From positions 1 to 64,000 of IMG/VR virus record IMGVR_UViG_2922715855_000002: DNA of 64,000 nt; one strand, 5' to 3'. This DNA is from a virus (lineage: Duplodnaviria; Caudoviricetes). Positions 28,213 through 38,254 of the stretch are shown piece by piece. The translations under genes were made by a program, and so were the position numbers. The notes under the pieces are model-generated. The model did no database searches. It saw nothing but the letters and a program-made list of their open reading frames with translations, and was not told the DNA's origin. Position 1 is the stretch's first letter. The number at the start of each line of letters is the position of its first letter.

Positions 28213-28613
28213 ATGTTTTGAATATTTCTAATTTTTTAGCTACTTCCTTATTAAACCAAGTTTTTCGTAATACAAACTATGCGCGTCCAACTACGGTATA
28301 TGTGGCGCTATATACATCTAATCCAACGGCAGCAGATACAGGGGCAGAAGTTTCAACAGGGGCATATAAGCGAATGGCGATAACCTTAGGGGCTCCAGTC
28401 ATTGAGAATAGTAAACAAACAATCAAGAACAGTGCGGACGTTGCATGGAGCGTTGCAACTGCCGATTGGGGGCTTGTTTCACATATCGGAATTCGTGACG
28501 CATTAACCGGAGGGAATTTGCTTTACTTTGGTTCGCTCGATACACCACGAAGTATTTTGGTAAATGATGTGTTCAAATTGCTCACAGGGTCCGTAGTATT
28601 AACATTAAGTTAA
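28209..28613 (+). CDS. Small baseplate/tail-fibre-associated protein
   Basis: YVALYTSNPT...EVS..Y.R and WG.VSH.GI.DA.TGGNLLY motifs. Confidence 0.75.
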   Translation: MNVLNISNFLATSLLNQVFRNTNYARPTTVYVALYTSNPTAADTGAEVSTGAYKRMAITLGAPVIENSKQTIKNSADVAWSVATADWGLVSHIGIRDALTGGNLLYFGSLDTPRSILVNDVFKLLTGSVVLTLS

Positions 28614-28626
28614 GGAGGTATGAACA

Positions 28627-31600
28627 TTGCAAACAATGTATCCTGCCGCGGTAAACAGCCGACAATCTGAGCTGTCTGCCGCAATAACAGCAGCACAAAC
28701 AACGATTCCGGTTATAGATATTTCCGTCATTCCCGTGGCCCCCAATCTACTAACGATTGGGACCGACGAATCAGCAGAGACAATTTTATATACGGGAATC
28801 AACGGAAATACGTTAACCGGAGTTACAAGGGGCGTTCAGGGAACGGCAAAATCTTGGGCAATCGGTACTAAATTAGCTCGATATTTCACCGCTTACGATC
28901 ATGATACATTCAAAGCGAACATTGATGAGATTTCGAAACAAATAAATGAGGTCATATTAAAGAAGACCCTCGGACCAGGCGCTAACATCATCAATGCAGA
29001 TCAAGCTAGTGCATTAGATTTAACTGTATATGGGTCGTCACGGACGAACTTACTTGGGGATTTGGGTAACTTTGAAAAAGATAGTAACGGGGACGGTCTT
29101 GCAGATGGTCTTGCTGCTTCTGGTGGAGTCAGATCTCTGGAACAGAGTGAAAAATACGGCCTAAAAGCACAAAGAATTACTTCCTTGGCAAGTGACACAG
29201 GAGCATCTAGGTATGTTGTGTTTACAGGTATACCAATGCAAGCAGGAAAGTATTATATTTTCATTGCCGATGTAGTAACTGATGGAATAGCATCAGCGAA
29301 AATGGGTGTGTATCGCGATGGTTCGGCTGCTCCAAACTATATAGGTGAAACGCCTGTAAGTTACGCAAGTAAAACACATTATATTAAGCACAACCCAACA
29401 AGTGATACTCCAGATGCGCGAATTTTTATGTATAACGCTATAACAGTAGGTCAATTAGGATGGACTCAATGGGATGGAGCAGGAATCTATGAAGTAGACA
29501 AGATTCTGTATGATCGAATTGGTGTAGATATAACTGAGGCGAACATACGAGATTATTTACCTCATGTAGATGGACGTAAGCCTGTACAGGGTGTTGTGCT
29601 TACTAAGCAAGGTAAAAACCTAGTACCACCACTCCGACCAGACGTTTCATTCCCTGGTGTTAGTTCTTCAATTATCGGATCGTACGAAATGACGATTACA
29701 ACTACAGCACCTAGTCAGGACAACATTGTTTATAGAGATATTCCTGCATTGCCAAATACCGAGTATTCAATGAGCTATGAGGAGAAGATCGGTTGGGCCT
29801 CGGTCCGGTGTATTGACGCAAATGGTAATGAGCTTGGCGCCCAAGGCGTGGGTAGATTTGATATTATCAATAACGTAAATTCTATTAAGTTCACATCTCC
29901 ACCAGGAACGAAGACTATTAGATTATGGCAAGGAAATTACTCTTCCCCAGCAGGGACTTACAAGTTCAAAAATCCAATGTTATGTATTGGTTCATCTACA
30001 TCATTCGAACCACGCGAAGATCAACGCGTCCTCTTGCCTGTATCACTTTGCGAAGTCGGAGGGGTACGTGATGAAGTAACCGTAAGAGGGGTAGATGCGA
30101 CGCTAACCAAAAGAATTGAAAGGGTAATGTTAGATACAAGCCTTACTTATGTGGTATACAAAAACCATAATGGTCGGAAGTTGATGACTATATCAGTACC
30201 CAACTCATTTTCAGATATTTCGGGTTCAAATGATATTCCAGATACTAGCACTAGGCAAGGAACTGTATTCATAAACCAAGTGGGATTCCCTTTGGTGGTT
30301 GCACCTTTAAAAAGCTTAATCGATGCAGTTGATTCCAATAGTTTTGATAACTGTTATACGATCGATGATAGAAGGTTATTTGTCCTTTTAAGCAATGATG
30401 AAACAGGGTTCAACTTTACAGGATCTCCAACATCAGATGAGATGAGAGCTTATTATCTAGGTTGGATAATGTGTAGTGCAGACGGATCGAAGTATGTGAC
30501 TGGAACCAAGTATTGGAAAAGGAAATCTGATGGAGGAGGAATTACATCTAACTTACCGATAAGCAGCTATCCCGGCGGTGATGGTTTCCAAGTTAATTAT
30601 CAGCTTGCTACACCTGTAATTAGCAAAGTAACCGATGCAGATGGGTCTATATCCTTACTCGCTGGCGGTAACATGATGACGGTTGAGTCGGGTGTTGTAA
30701 TTCGTGAAGAAATTACTTTTATGGATGGAAAAGACGGTTATTATTACAGCAACTCCACTGCCCCAGCGGAATATTCAGCGACTAAATTTAAGAATAGGGT
30801 TAAAAAGATTGTCAGAATAGATGAGGGTATCAAAACGGGCATTCCATTTGAGTTATCTACAAACAGCGCAAACGGTTTAGAGAGACCTAAATTAAAGGCG
30901 GTAGCTTATAACTCTAAGGCTCAGTATTTTGCGTCTTATCTGACTCTAGATAACTACGCTTATTCTTCCAACGTTACGCAGACAGATGTGCAGTATAAAG
31001 CAGGTCTTAACGGTACTGTATCGGATAACGTCAATAATATCGCACGGCTGACCACCGAGAATGATGCGCAGAACTACGCTGATACGTACATCCAAGCCAT
31101 GACGGAGAATAACGCCAAGGACATCAAGGATCATAAGTCCAGCGCATCAGCGCATGATGCAACGGCAATTGTCGTCAACGATCCCGACTTTACCGATAAA
31201 ACCGTGCTAGGGGTGCTTAAGTATTTAAAGTCGCTTGCCAATAACCTCAAGAGTAAGGTTGCAGGGGCTATTGGCGCACCGCTTGCTGCAACCGATACAG
31301 CGGAGCAAATGGAAACGAAGATTAAAGATTTAAAGACGACGTTTGCCGCAAATCTGACAGCTAAGAGAATTACAGCAAGTGCAACTGAAACTCTAAAAAG
31401 CTTAATAGACAAGGTTAGCAGCATTGTACTTGGTTCTGGAGATGCTGTTGCATCCGATCTAAGAGCAGGTAAAACAGCTACAAACAATACTGGTGTTCAA
31501 TTTACAGGTACTCTAGCTGTACAATCTACTACAGCTCAAACGGTTACGCCAACCGCTACTGATATTGTAAAAGGTGCAGGTATTTATGATGGAGTCATTA

Positions 31601-32304
31601 CCGTGAAAGGTGTTCCAGTAGATAGTAGTAAGGTTTTAGTTGGTACGACAATAGCTGGGCAAGCTGGGGAGATGCCAAACCTTACAGGTACAAGAAACGC
31701 AACAGGCGTTGCTAAATGGCCTGACGGTGCTTTAGCTGTATATCCTGAAAAAGGATACCAAAAAGGAGGTGTTGGCGACGGAGAACTTAAAGTGTCCATT
31801 GCTCAGATGCAGTCAATTAATCCCTACCTTAAACCTCAATATATTGCGCAAGGCGCTGATGTTTTCGGAGTTGTAGGGACGTACACGAATGACGGGACGC
31901 TTACTGACCCTGACGATCTGGACGTTAACCGCTCAGCGTACTCAAAGGGCGTCAAGATATCTGGTAAGTCTAGTAGATCAGGTAGAACAGAGTTTGTGAC
32001 GATACCTCCGAACCACGTACTAGGACCAAATCAGTCGATTTCGCTACCTTTTCCTACTAAGCAAGTGGTATCTAGAATCGCAACTTTCATTGCTAGGGTT
32101 AGGCTGAGAGACGCTAATGGTGCAGGTCACGTAGTGTATCTTGTGAACACGCAAGAGGGTGTATCACTTAACATCGGTACAAGTAACTACGCTATGGTAT
32201 CGCTAGGAATTGACCAGACAGCAAAGACTGTGACGATAACCAATAACGCTAACTATGCCAGCACAACGCTCATAGATGGGGAAATAATGTATCTAATGAT
32301 CTAA
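28627..32304 (+). CDS. Tail fibre / receptor-binding protein (1225 aa)
   Basis: Modular beta-rich protein in the tail module; TTIAGQAGEMPN and GADVFGVVGTY fibre motifs. Confidence 0.8.
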   Translation: MQTMYPAAVNSRQSELSAAITAAQTTIPVIDISVIPVAPNLLTIGTDESAETILYTGINGNTLTGVTRGVQGTAKSWAIGTKLARYFTAYDHDTFKANIDEISKQINEVILKKTLGPGANIINADQASALDLTVYGSSRTNLLGDLGNFEKDSNGDGLADGLAASGGVRSLEQSEKYGLKAQRITSLASDTGASRYVVFTGIPMQAGKYYIFIADVVTDGIASAKMGVYRDGSAAPNYIGETPVSYASKTHYIKHNPTSDTPDARIFMYNAITVGQLGWTQWDGAGIYEVDKILYDRIGVDITEANIRDYLPHVDGRKPVQGVVLTKQGKNLVPPLRPDVSFPGVSSSIIGSYEMTITTTAPSQDNIVYRDIPALPNTEYSMSYEEKIGWASVRCIDANGNELGAQGVGRFDIINNVNSIKFTSPPGTKTIRLWQGNYSSPAGTYKFKNPMLCIGSSTSFEPREDQRVLLPVSLCEVGGVRDEVTVRGVDATLTKRIERVMLDTSLTYVVYKNHNGRKLMTISVPNSFSDISGSNDIPDTSTRQGTVFINQVGFPLVVAPLKSLIDAVDSNSFDNCYTIDDRRLFVLLSNDETGFNFTGSPTSDEMRAYYLGWIMCSADGSKYVTGTKYWKRKSDGGGITSNLPISSYPGGDGFQVNYQLATPVISKVTDADGSISLLAGGNMMTVESGVVIREEITFMDGKDGYYYSNSTAPAEYSATKFKNRVKKIVRIDEGIKTGIPFELSTNSANGLERPKLKAVAYNSKAQYFASYLTLDNYAYSSNVTQTDVQYKAGLNGTVSDNVNNIARLTTENDAQNYADTYIQAMTENNAKDIKDHKSSASAHDATAIVVNDPDFTDKTVLGVLKYLKSLANNLKSKVAGAIGAPLAATDTAEQMETKIKDLKTTFAANLTAKRITASATETLKSLIDKVSSIVLGSGDAVASDLRAGKTATNNTGVQFTGTLAVQSTTAQTVTPTATDIVKGAGIYDGVITVKGVPVDSSKVLVGTTIAGQAGEMPNLTGTRNATGVAKWPDGALAVYPEKGYQKGGVGDGELKVSIAQMQSINPYLKPQYIAQGADVFGVVGTYTNDGTLTDPDDLDVNRSAYSKGVKISGKSSRSGRTEFVTIPPNHVLGPNQSISLPFPTKQVVSRIATFIARVRLRDANGAGHVVYLVNTQEGVSLNIGTSNYAMVSLGIDQTAKTVTITNNANYASTTLIDGEIMYLMI

Positions 32305-32314
32305 GGAGGAATCA

Positions 32315-32368
32315 ATGTTAGCCAAGGATCTCCTTACGTACGTCAAGAGTGGAGTCGTATCAGAATAA
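32315..32368 (+). CDS. 17-aa mini-ORF or gene remnant (MLAKDLLTYVKSGVVSE)
   Basis: Strong AAGGAGG RBS; followed by a GC hairpin. Confidence 0.35.
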   Translation: MLAKDLLTYVKSGVVSE

Positions 32369-32448
32369 AGCGCCGCCGATATGGTAGGCGCTATTATTAT
32401 GCCCTCGGAAGTCCGGGAGCTTAATTATTAAGAATGAGGTATAAGAGC

Positions 32449-33210
32449 ATGTTCAATAGAGCGTCATTCAATCGTATGGGATTCAATCGTCAGATGACGG
32501 TGTTCGTTTTTGGGAGTGCGACAATTAATGTTAATGGCGATATCGCGGCGTTAGCCAATGCAGACATGACGGGAATTTCCAACATGTCTGCGGAAGGAAC
32601 TGCTTCATTTGACTTCATCCGGGAACGCTCTTCTCAAGTCAAAATGCATGCAGAAGGCGATTTAAAGTCAGACTTCATCCGCGAAATATCTTCTACTTCA
32701 ATGCTAGAGGCCGACGGAAGTATGAAAGCTTATTTCATTCGAGAAATATCCGATTCTGCTTTACTACAAGGTGAAGGCAGTATAAGAGTTACAGCATCTT
32801 TAGAAAGTACGGGTAAGGCGAGGATGGATGGGGATGGAACGCTACGAGCGAATTTTATACGCGAAATCGCCTTTACCGCGAAGTTAGAAGCGTATGGAGA
32901 ATTGAAAGCTGATTTTATCCGTGAAATAACTCGTAAGGCTCTATTAAATGGGATTGGTGGCCTGATAGCTAACGGAAGTCACTATCATATCGAGACGATT
33001 GATTTTATAGGACCTTTCAAACCCGGGGATCGCATTGAGATAGATTCAAAGAAATATGAGATTAAGCATAACGGCGTTAACGCATTCCCACAGATGCAAG
33101 GTGATTTCTTTGATTTATCCCCTGGGACAAACCCAATCATGTACACTGATCCCGAAACATCTCGCCAAGTCCTTATACGGGTAACGCACAAGGATAAATA
33201 CTTGTATTAA
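32449..33210 (+). CDS. Tail component with ~20-aa FIREI repeats and a Dit-like C-terminal domain
   Basis: Five FIRE(I/R) repeats; GDRIEIDS..Y.I..NG.NA.....GDFFDL.PG.N C-terminus. Confidence 0.75.
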   Translation: MFNRASFNRMGFNRQMTVFVFGSATINVNGDIAALANADMTGISNMSAEGTASFDFIRERSSQVKMHAEGDLKSDFIREISSTSMLEADGSMKAYFIREISDSALLQGEGSIRVTASLESTGKARMDGDGTLRANFIREIAFTAKLEAYGELKADFIREITRKALLNGIGGLIANGSHYHIETIDFIGPFKPGDRIEIDSKKYEIKHNGVNAFPQMQGDFFDLSPGTNPIMYTDPETSRQVLIRVTHKDKYLY

Positions 33211-33221
33211 GGAGGTGCTAA

Positions 33222-35354
33222 GTGAAATATCTTAAAGTGTTTGATAAAAACTTAATTCAAAATGGTTATCTGATTAACGCTTATGAAGTTGAGCGTAGGC
33301 GCAGGATTAATAGTGATTATGAGATTTCTTTCATGGTCCCTATGACCTCCGAGGATTACAAAACTAAGATTAGCATAAAGGGACACATTCAAGATGAACG
33401 CGGCCAATTCTATGTAATTAACTCTCGGGGCCGTATAAGGGATGGCAAGAAGCTTACATCATCAATCTATTGTACGCATGTTATGTTCAAACTGACGGAT
33501 TTTAAGTTCCCATATGCTTCGTACATTGATGAGGCTTACGGTATTCATATATCCCAATTAACCGATGCAATTTCGGCAGCTACCGGAGGGAAATTCAAAT
33601 TCTCCATCGATGATTCATTTGATCTTCACGATGTAAAGGATTTCGGGCGCGGGAATTGCTTGCAAGCTCTCAACCAAATCATAAAGATGTATGGTTGCGA
33701 AGTGGAACCGGATAATTTCGTCATTCATTTGAAAAAGAAGATAGGAACAAATAGTGGGATGCAATACAGGCTTAAAAAGAATATTGTTTCCAGTTCTTTT
33801 AAAGATGATGGTTCTTCACTTGTAACCCGGATGTTTGCTCAGATGAAGGATGGGAGGACCTTCATTGGTATAGAATCATCTAATCTAACACCGGACGAAC
33901 TAAGCCTTTTGAATTCTGTACCAGGCGCCATCGATAACGGTCGGCTTGCTGTCAATTATCTAATATCTCCATTCGCTCAGTATTGGTCAAACACCACGAA
34001 TACGTACTTTGATGGCGAGTTAATAGAGCAAGATATTGAAGACCCGATTGAATTGTTGAAGGCAACCAGGAAAGCACTAAATGAGCAAGATATATTGACC
34101 TTAGAAGCGACCATTTCCGCTGCGGATCTCTTCAAAATCGATCAATCTCAACCGATCCCTAAATTAGGTGATACGGTTCTTTGTATTGATCCCAAAATGG
34201 ACATGAAGAATTTATCATGCAGAATCACGGAACTTGTGGAATATCCTTTCTCGATGGAAAAACACAGTCAGCCGACAATTTCGAATTCAACCTTACAGGA
34301 CTATGACGATATCATCTCTGACTTGGAGCGTGCTAAAAATATCGTAGACAACCTATTTAGCAATGGGAAAGTGCGGACCGAGGTATTCGAATCATTTGCC
34401 AAGCAAGCCGTGATCGATATCAATAATTCCAAAACGGAACTAATCTACCCACCCGAGGGCGGCATACTAGCCCAAGAGAAGACGAATCCATTAGAACAAG
34501 TCAGGCTTACATCAAAGGGGATTGGGATCTCAACGGATGGATGGAATAGTATACGTGCAGCCATTACAGCTCGTGGGGTTGTCGCCGAACAAGTTATAGG
34601 TCAGCTCGGGAACTTCGTTTCGATGGTGATTGGTTCAGGGAACAACGTCACCAAGATCAATACAAACGGGATCTCATCAGGACATGCAGACTATTACTCC
34701 GCACCGTTTCGTGTTGATATGCAAGGGAACGTTATTGCAAACTCAATCAAGCTCATGGGACAGATTAATAACTCGGAAATGAATTCTTCCGTTATTAATG
34801 CGGGGACCATAATTGGGTCTTTGATAAAGGCGGGTATTTTAGAAGGCGGGACGATTACGGGGGCGCTTATTCGAACGGCTGTTTCAGGAAGAAGAATTGA
34901 AACAAGTTCCCAAGGGTTCGGAGCTTTTGATTCTAATGGTGTTAACCGAATTGCAATCAAGACATCAGGTGATGACACAATATCGGCATTATCGTTTTTC
35001 GGGTCCGGTGGATCTTTTGCTGGAGAAATCAATTCATATGCAAACCAAGGCAGAATGAATATTTTTTCAAATGATCTTTTTATCGGAAGTAATAGCATGT
35101 CGAATCCAATATATTTTCAAGGAAGGTCGACATTTAATGGTGTCGTAACATTTAACTCCTCTGTTAATGGGTTAAGCTTAGGTATTGGAGATATCAACGG
35201 GTTAAGATCGGAACTTGAATCTTTGAAAGATCAACTCAGCAGTCTAAGGTCTGAATTCCGCGGTCATTCCCATTCAGTTAATATTGGTACTCATAATCAT
35301 GGCAATAAAGAAAACCAAAACTGGGGCGGAACGTTTACTACTTCCTTGCCGTAG
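33222..35354 (+). CDS. Tail-associated hub/spike protein (Tal, prophage endopeptidase-tail type)
   Basis: EVEPDNF.IHL.KKIG and GD.V..ID motifs; 710 aa. Confidence 0.8.
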   Translation: MKYLKVFDKNLIQNGYLINAYEVERRRRINSDYEISFMVPMTSEDYKTKISIKGHIQDERGQFYVINSRGRIRDGKKLTSSIYCTHVMFKLTDFKFPYASYIDEAYGIHISQLTDAISAATGGKFKFSIDDSFDLHDVKDFGRGNCLQALNQIIKMYGCEVEPDNFVIHLKKKIGTNSGMQYRLKKNIVSSSFKDDGSSLVTRMFAQMKDGRTFIGIESSNLTPDELSLLNSVPGAIDNGRLAVNYLISPFAQYWSNTTNTYFDGELIEQDIEDPIELLKATRKALNEQDILTLEATISAADLFKIDQSQPIPKLGDTVLCIDPKMDMKNLSCRITELVEYPFSMEKHSQPTISNSTLQDYDDIISDLERAKNIVDNLFSNGKVRTEVFESFAKQAVIDINNSKTELIYPPEGGILAQEKTNPLEQVRLTSKGIGISTDGWNSIRAAITARGVVAEQVIGQLGNFVSMVIGSGNNVTKINTNGISSGHADYYSAPFRVDMQGNVIANSIKLMGQINNSEMNSSVINAGTIIGSLIKAGILEGGTITGALIRTAVSGRRIETSSQGFGAFDSNGVNRIAIKTSGDDTISALSFFGSGGSFAGEINSYANQGRMNIFSNDLFIGSNSMSNPIYFQGRSTFNGVVTFNSSVNGLSLGIGDINGLRSELESLKDQLSSLRSEFRGHSHSVNIGTHNHGNKENQNWGGTFTTSLP

Positions 35355-35403
35355 TAGTATGATATGGTAAATACATACTATTCTTTACTGGAGGTAATGC
35401 GTT

Positions 35404-35946
35404 GTGAAAAAGTGGGCGTATCTACTAAGTGGATTGATTATTGGGGGATTAATAGCGACAACAGGCAGTGCATTTGCAGATCAAGTTAAAAGTCTTATCG
35501 GAAAAAAAGTAACTGGTGAATACACTGTTGTTGTAAATGGGAAGACATTACAGGATAAAGGGGCAGTTATTGACAGTAAAACAAATGCCCCTGTCCGCGC
35601 ATTGTCTGAAGCTTTAGGAGCTGATGTGAAAGTGGAAGGTAAGACGATTACAATAACAAAAGATACAGGACAAGGCGAAGCAGTGACGAGTGAAACAAAC
35701 CCGTATTTTGGTCAGAAAAAAAGTATACTAGAAGATCGTAAAGATGTACTTGAAACCAGTATTTTGAAACCAAGAATTGAAGAAAGAAAAGATATTATAG
35801 ATCAGATAGAAATTTTAAAGAAATCTGGAGCAGATGAGTCGCTAAAAAAGAAAGAAGAGCAATTAAAAGAGTACGAAGATGCTATCACTAAATACACCAA
35901 AGAACTAGAACAAGTAAATGAAGCATTAGCGGCATTAGAAAAATAA
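35404..35946 (+). CDS. Secreted moron protein with a copper-amine-oxidase N-terminal-like domain
   Basis: Signal peptide ending SAFA; APVRALSEALGADV motif; own terminator near 35958-35990. Confidence 0.7.
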   Translation: MKKWAYLLSGLIIGGLIATTGSAFADQVKSLIGKKVTGEYTVVVNGKTLQDKGAVIDSKTNAPVRALSEALGADVKVEGKTITITKDTGQGEAVTSETNPYFGQKKSILEDRKDVLETSILKPRIEERKDIIDQIEILKKSGADESLKKKEEQLKEYEDAITKYTKELEQVNEALAALEK

Positions 35947-36005
35947 TGAGTTTTTAAAGTCTTACCTCATGGTAAGGCTTTTTTATTTCTATTTTGAAAG
36001 GATGA

Positions 36006-36194
36006 TTGTACTTGGCACATGCAATACCAAAACTTGAAGTGCTTATTGATTTATCCCGTCCGGTCGAAGAAATAACTGAAGTAATTACATTGGTAATCAG
36101 TTCGCATCCAGGGAAGCAAAAAGAGATTCTTGAAGCCGTTGATTTATCGGTTGGGGAAGCTTTAGCAAAATTCGAAGAAAATAATATCAATTAA
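36006..36194 (+). CDS. Hypothetical protein
   Basis: 62-aa ORF, TTG start. Confidence 0.55.
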   Translation: MYLAHAIPKLEVLIDLSRPVEEITEVITLVISSHPGKQKEILEAVDLSVGEALAKFEENNIN

Positions 36195-36242
36195 AGTCCC
36201 GAATAACATCGGGTCTTTTTTTATGGGAGAGGGGAATTAACA

Positions 36243-36692
36243 ATGGACAAATTCTGGTCCACGATTGTTGGGGCTATTCTGGTACCTGCGTTTAATTTTC
36301 TTTATGGGGGTGCCACCAAATCGATGATGATTGCTTTAATTTTTTTCATCGTCTTAGATTGGATCACTGGTACAAGAGCGGCAAAAAAAGATAATTCATA
36401 TGCAAGTGAGTACGGGATAGATGGCGTATTCAGAACATTCTTTATTTTGTTACTACCTGCGGGAGGTCACTTATTAGATGAAGCATTCGGACTTCCAGGC
36501 GTTTTATTTGGAGCCCTTTGCATTGGCGTTCTATATCACACATTGCAATCCATGATAGCAAATGCTGTAAGGGCTGGTTGGGCAAATTGGTTCCCTGAAA
36601 AGTTACTTATCAAAATTACCGATTGGGTCAAAAGTGAGTTGGATAAGAAGGTTCAGCGTGCAGAAAGTAGGAAAGGGGATAGTGGTAACTAA
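36243..36692 (+). CDS. Holin (phage holin family 4 type)
   Basis: FIVLDWITG motif; transmembrane segments; abuts the endolysin. Confidence 0.88.
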   Translation: MDKFWSTIVGAILVPAFNFLYGGATKSMMIALIFFIVLDWITGTRAAKKDNSYASEYGIDGVFRTFFILLLPAGGHLLDEAFGLPGVLFGALCIGVLYHTLQSMIANAVRAGWANWFPEKLLIKITDWVKSELDKKVQRAESRKGDSGN

Positions 36693-37486
36693 TGCGTATA
36701 CAAGGACAATTTACTTTATTTGATAGAGAAGAATTCGAAGAATGGTTAATGAAGCAATCTTTTAAAAGAAAAGTTGTTCTGATTCAAAATCATCATACAT
36801 GGAGCCCTGATTACAAAGACTTCAACGGAAGTAATCATTTTCAACGATTAGATTCTATGAAGAGCTTTCATATAAACGATCGTGGATTTAGCGATATTGC
36901 TCAGAACTTGACTACGTTTCCAGATGGAATGATTGCGGTGTGCAGACCTTTTGATGTAGCTCCAGCAGGAATAAAAGGAGCTAACTCCAATGGCATATGT
37001 ATTGAGCATTTCGGCAACTTTGATATTGGCGGCGACAAAATGACGGACGAGCATAGAAAAACAATTCTATTCCTTAATGCAGTTCTTTGTAAGAAATTCA
37101 AATTATCTATTAGTACAGAATCGGTTGTATACCACCACTGGTGGTCAACAGATGGTGACAAGGTGTTTAACCTGAAAACTGGTGAGAAGCTAAAGGGTTC
37201 ACCGTCTAAAACATGCCCAGGTACCGCATTTTTTGGTGGAAACACAGTGCTGGATGCACAAAAGAATTTTATACCTTTGATTGCTACAGCTTTCAATGAT
37301 AATGGAGAGGATGAAGACAAATTGAAACTAACTAACTATCAAAAAACGCAATTGATCGAAGTATTAAAAGGATTACTATTGCAAGGTGTTATTACTGATA
37401 AAAGTTGGGTAGATAAAGCTCAGAATGATACATTGACTGTATCCGAGCTTACTTGGCTCAATATGATTGTTATTGCTAGAAAATAA
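36692..37486 (+). CDS. Endolysin, N-acetylmuramoyl-L-alanine amidase (Amidase_2 type)
   Basis: QNHHT, IEHFGNFD, YHHW and KTCPG zinc-amidase motifs. Confidence 0.9.
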   Translation: MRIQGQFTLFDREEFEEWLMKQSFKRKVVLIQNHHTWSPDYKDFNGSNHFQRLDSMKSFHINDRGFSDIAQNLTTFPDGMIAVCRPFDVAPAGIKGANSNGICIEHFGNFDIGGDKMTDEHRKTILFLNAVLCKKFKLSISTESVVYHHWWSTDGDKVFNLKTGEKLKGSPSKTCPGTAFFGGNTVLDAQKNFIPLIATAFNDNGEDEDKLKLTNYQKTQLIEVLKGLLLQGVITDKSWVDKAQNDTLTVSELTWLNMIVIARK

Positions 37487-37489
37487 TTA

Positions 37490-37518
37490 TTTACAAATTT
37501 ATGCAAGTGAGTTAAGAT
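37490..37518 (+). promoter_or_regulatory. SigA-like promoter TTTACA-N17-TAAGAT
   Basis: Read directly; no ORF downstream on this strand. Confidence 0.5.
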
Positions 37519-37524
37519 GACTAT

Positions 37525-37587
37525 ATCAAATCCAGAAGCACTGGTAAAAAGAGCCGTTAGGGAAGTACCCTAGCGGCTCCTTTTTTT
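37525..37587 (+). ncRNA. Candidate ~65-nt sRNA convergent with the accessory operon
   Basis: Promoter, CCAG-AAGCA-CTGG hairpin, then a terminator. Confidence 0.35.
37546..37587. terminator. Bidirectional terminator
   Basis: AAAAA-GAGCCGTTAGGG/CCCTAGCGGCTC-CTTTTTTT. Confidence 0.8.
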
Positions 37588-37598
37588 CTTTCATTACA

Positions 37599-37766
37599 TT
37601 AATATTCTGATTTATTATAAATGTCCTTGGCTTCATCAACACTCTTGAAATCGAATTCGTAGTAAACCGAACGTACCACTTTCTTAATTTCCTCGCGTGA
37701 ATATCCTGCTCGCTGCATGCCTGATATGATGTAACCTAAACAAGCGTTATTGCTCCAGTCTTCCAT
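37599..37766 (-). CDS. 55-aa hypothetical protein
   Basis: GGAGGG RBS; MEDWSNNACLGY...IYNKSEY. Confidence 0.7.
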   Translation of the reverse strand: MEDWSNNACLGYIISGMQRAGYSREEIKKVVRSVYYEFDFKSVDEAKDIYNKSEY

Positions 37767-37785
37767 ATATGAACCCTCCATTTGA

Positions 37786-37869
37786 TTATTTCTTTCGTAT
37801 AACTCTATATAAAGCTATGCAACTGAGAATTAAGGCAGTCAAAGAAACGATCCAGGTAATTACATTCAT
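37786..37869 (-). CDS. 27-aa hydrophobic peptide (MNVITWIVSLTALILSCIALYRVIRKK), not in the ORF track
   Basis: GGAGGT RBS; single TM helix with a basic tail. Confidence 0.65.
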   Translation of the reverse strand: MNVITWIVSLTALILSCIALYRVIRKK

Positions 37870-37899
37870 GATCCATACCTCCGTAGGGGCCGAAGCCCC

Positions 37900-38172
37900 T
37901 TAGTCTAAAATACTTTCATGGCTGATGCTATATTGTTGTTTCAACTTTTCAAAGGCCAAGTCCGTTACTTTATAGCGATGTGTACCGTTGTCACTGCCAA
38001 CAAGCTTTATACCTCGCCCCGAAAGTTCAATTTTAGTTCTTATGAAGTATCCTCCATAGTGCCCGATGGACATTTGAAGCTCGCAATTAGGCTTACGTTG
38101 CCCCATTTCGAGCGTATATGAATGAATACCTCTTGCAATGTTGCTTGCTGGAAATTCAAATATTGCTGCCAT
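37900..38172 (-). CDS. 90-aa hypothetical protein
   Basis: GGGAGG RBS; LSGRGIK...YKVT..AFEKLKQQYSIS. Confidence 0.75.
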   Translation of the reverse strand: MAAIFEFPASNIARGIHSYTLEMGQRKPNCELQMSIGHYGGYFIRTKIELSGRGIKLVGSDNGTHRYKVTDLAFEKLKQQYSISHESILD

Positions 38173-38254
38173 TGTGATCATCCTCCCGATTTATTTTGTT
38201 TAGCATTTATGTTATGATTGGGGGGAGAGGTCTTTCGACCCCTCCGAGGGAACT

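Noticed and set aside
28627-32304. Diversity-generating retroelement acting on the tail fibre
   Set aside because: No reverse transcriptase in the window and no template/variable repeat pair noticed by eye; a self-alignment would settle it.
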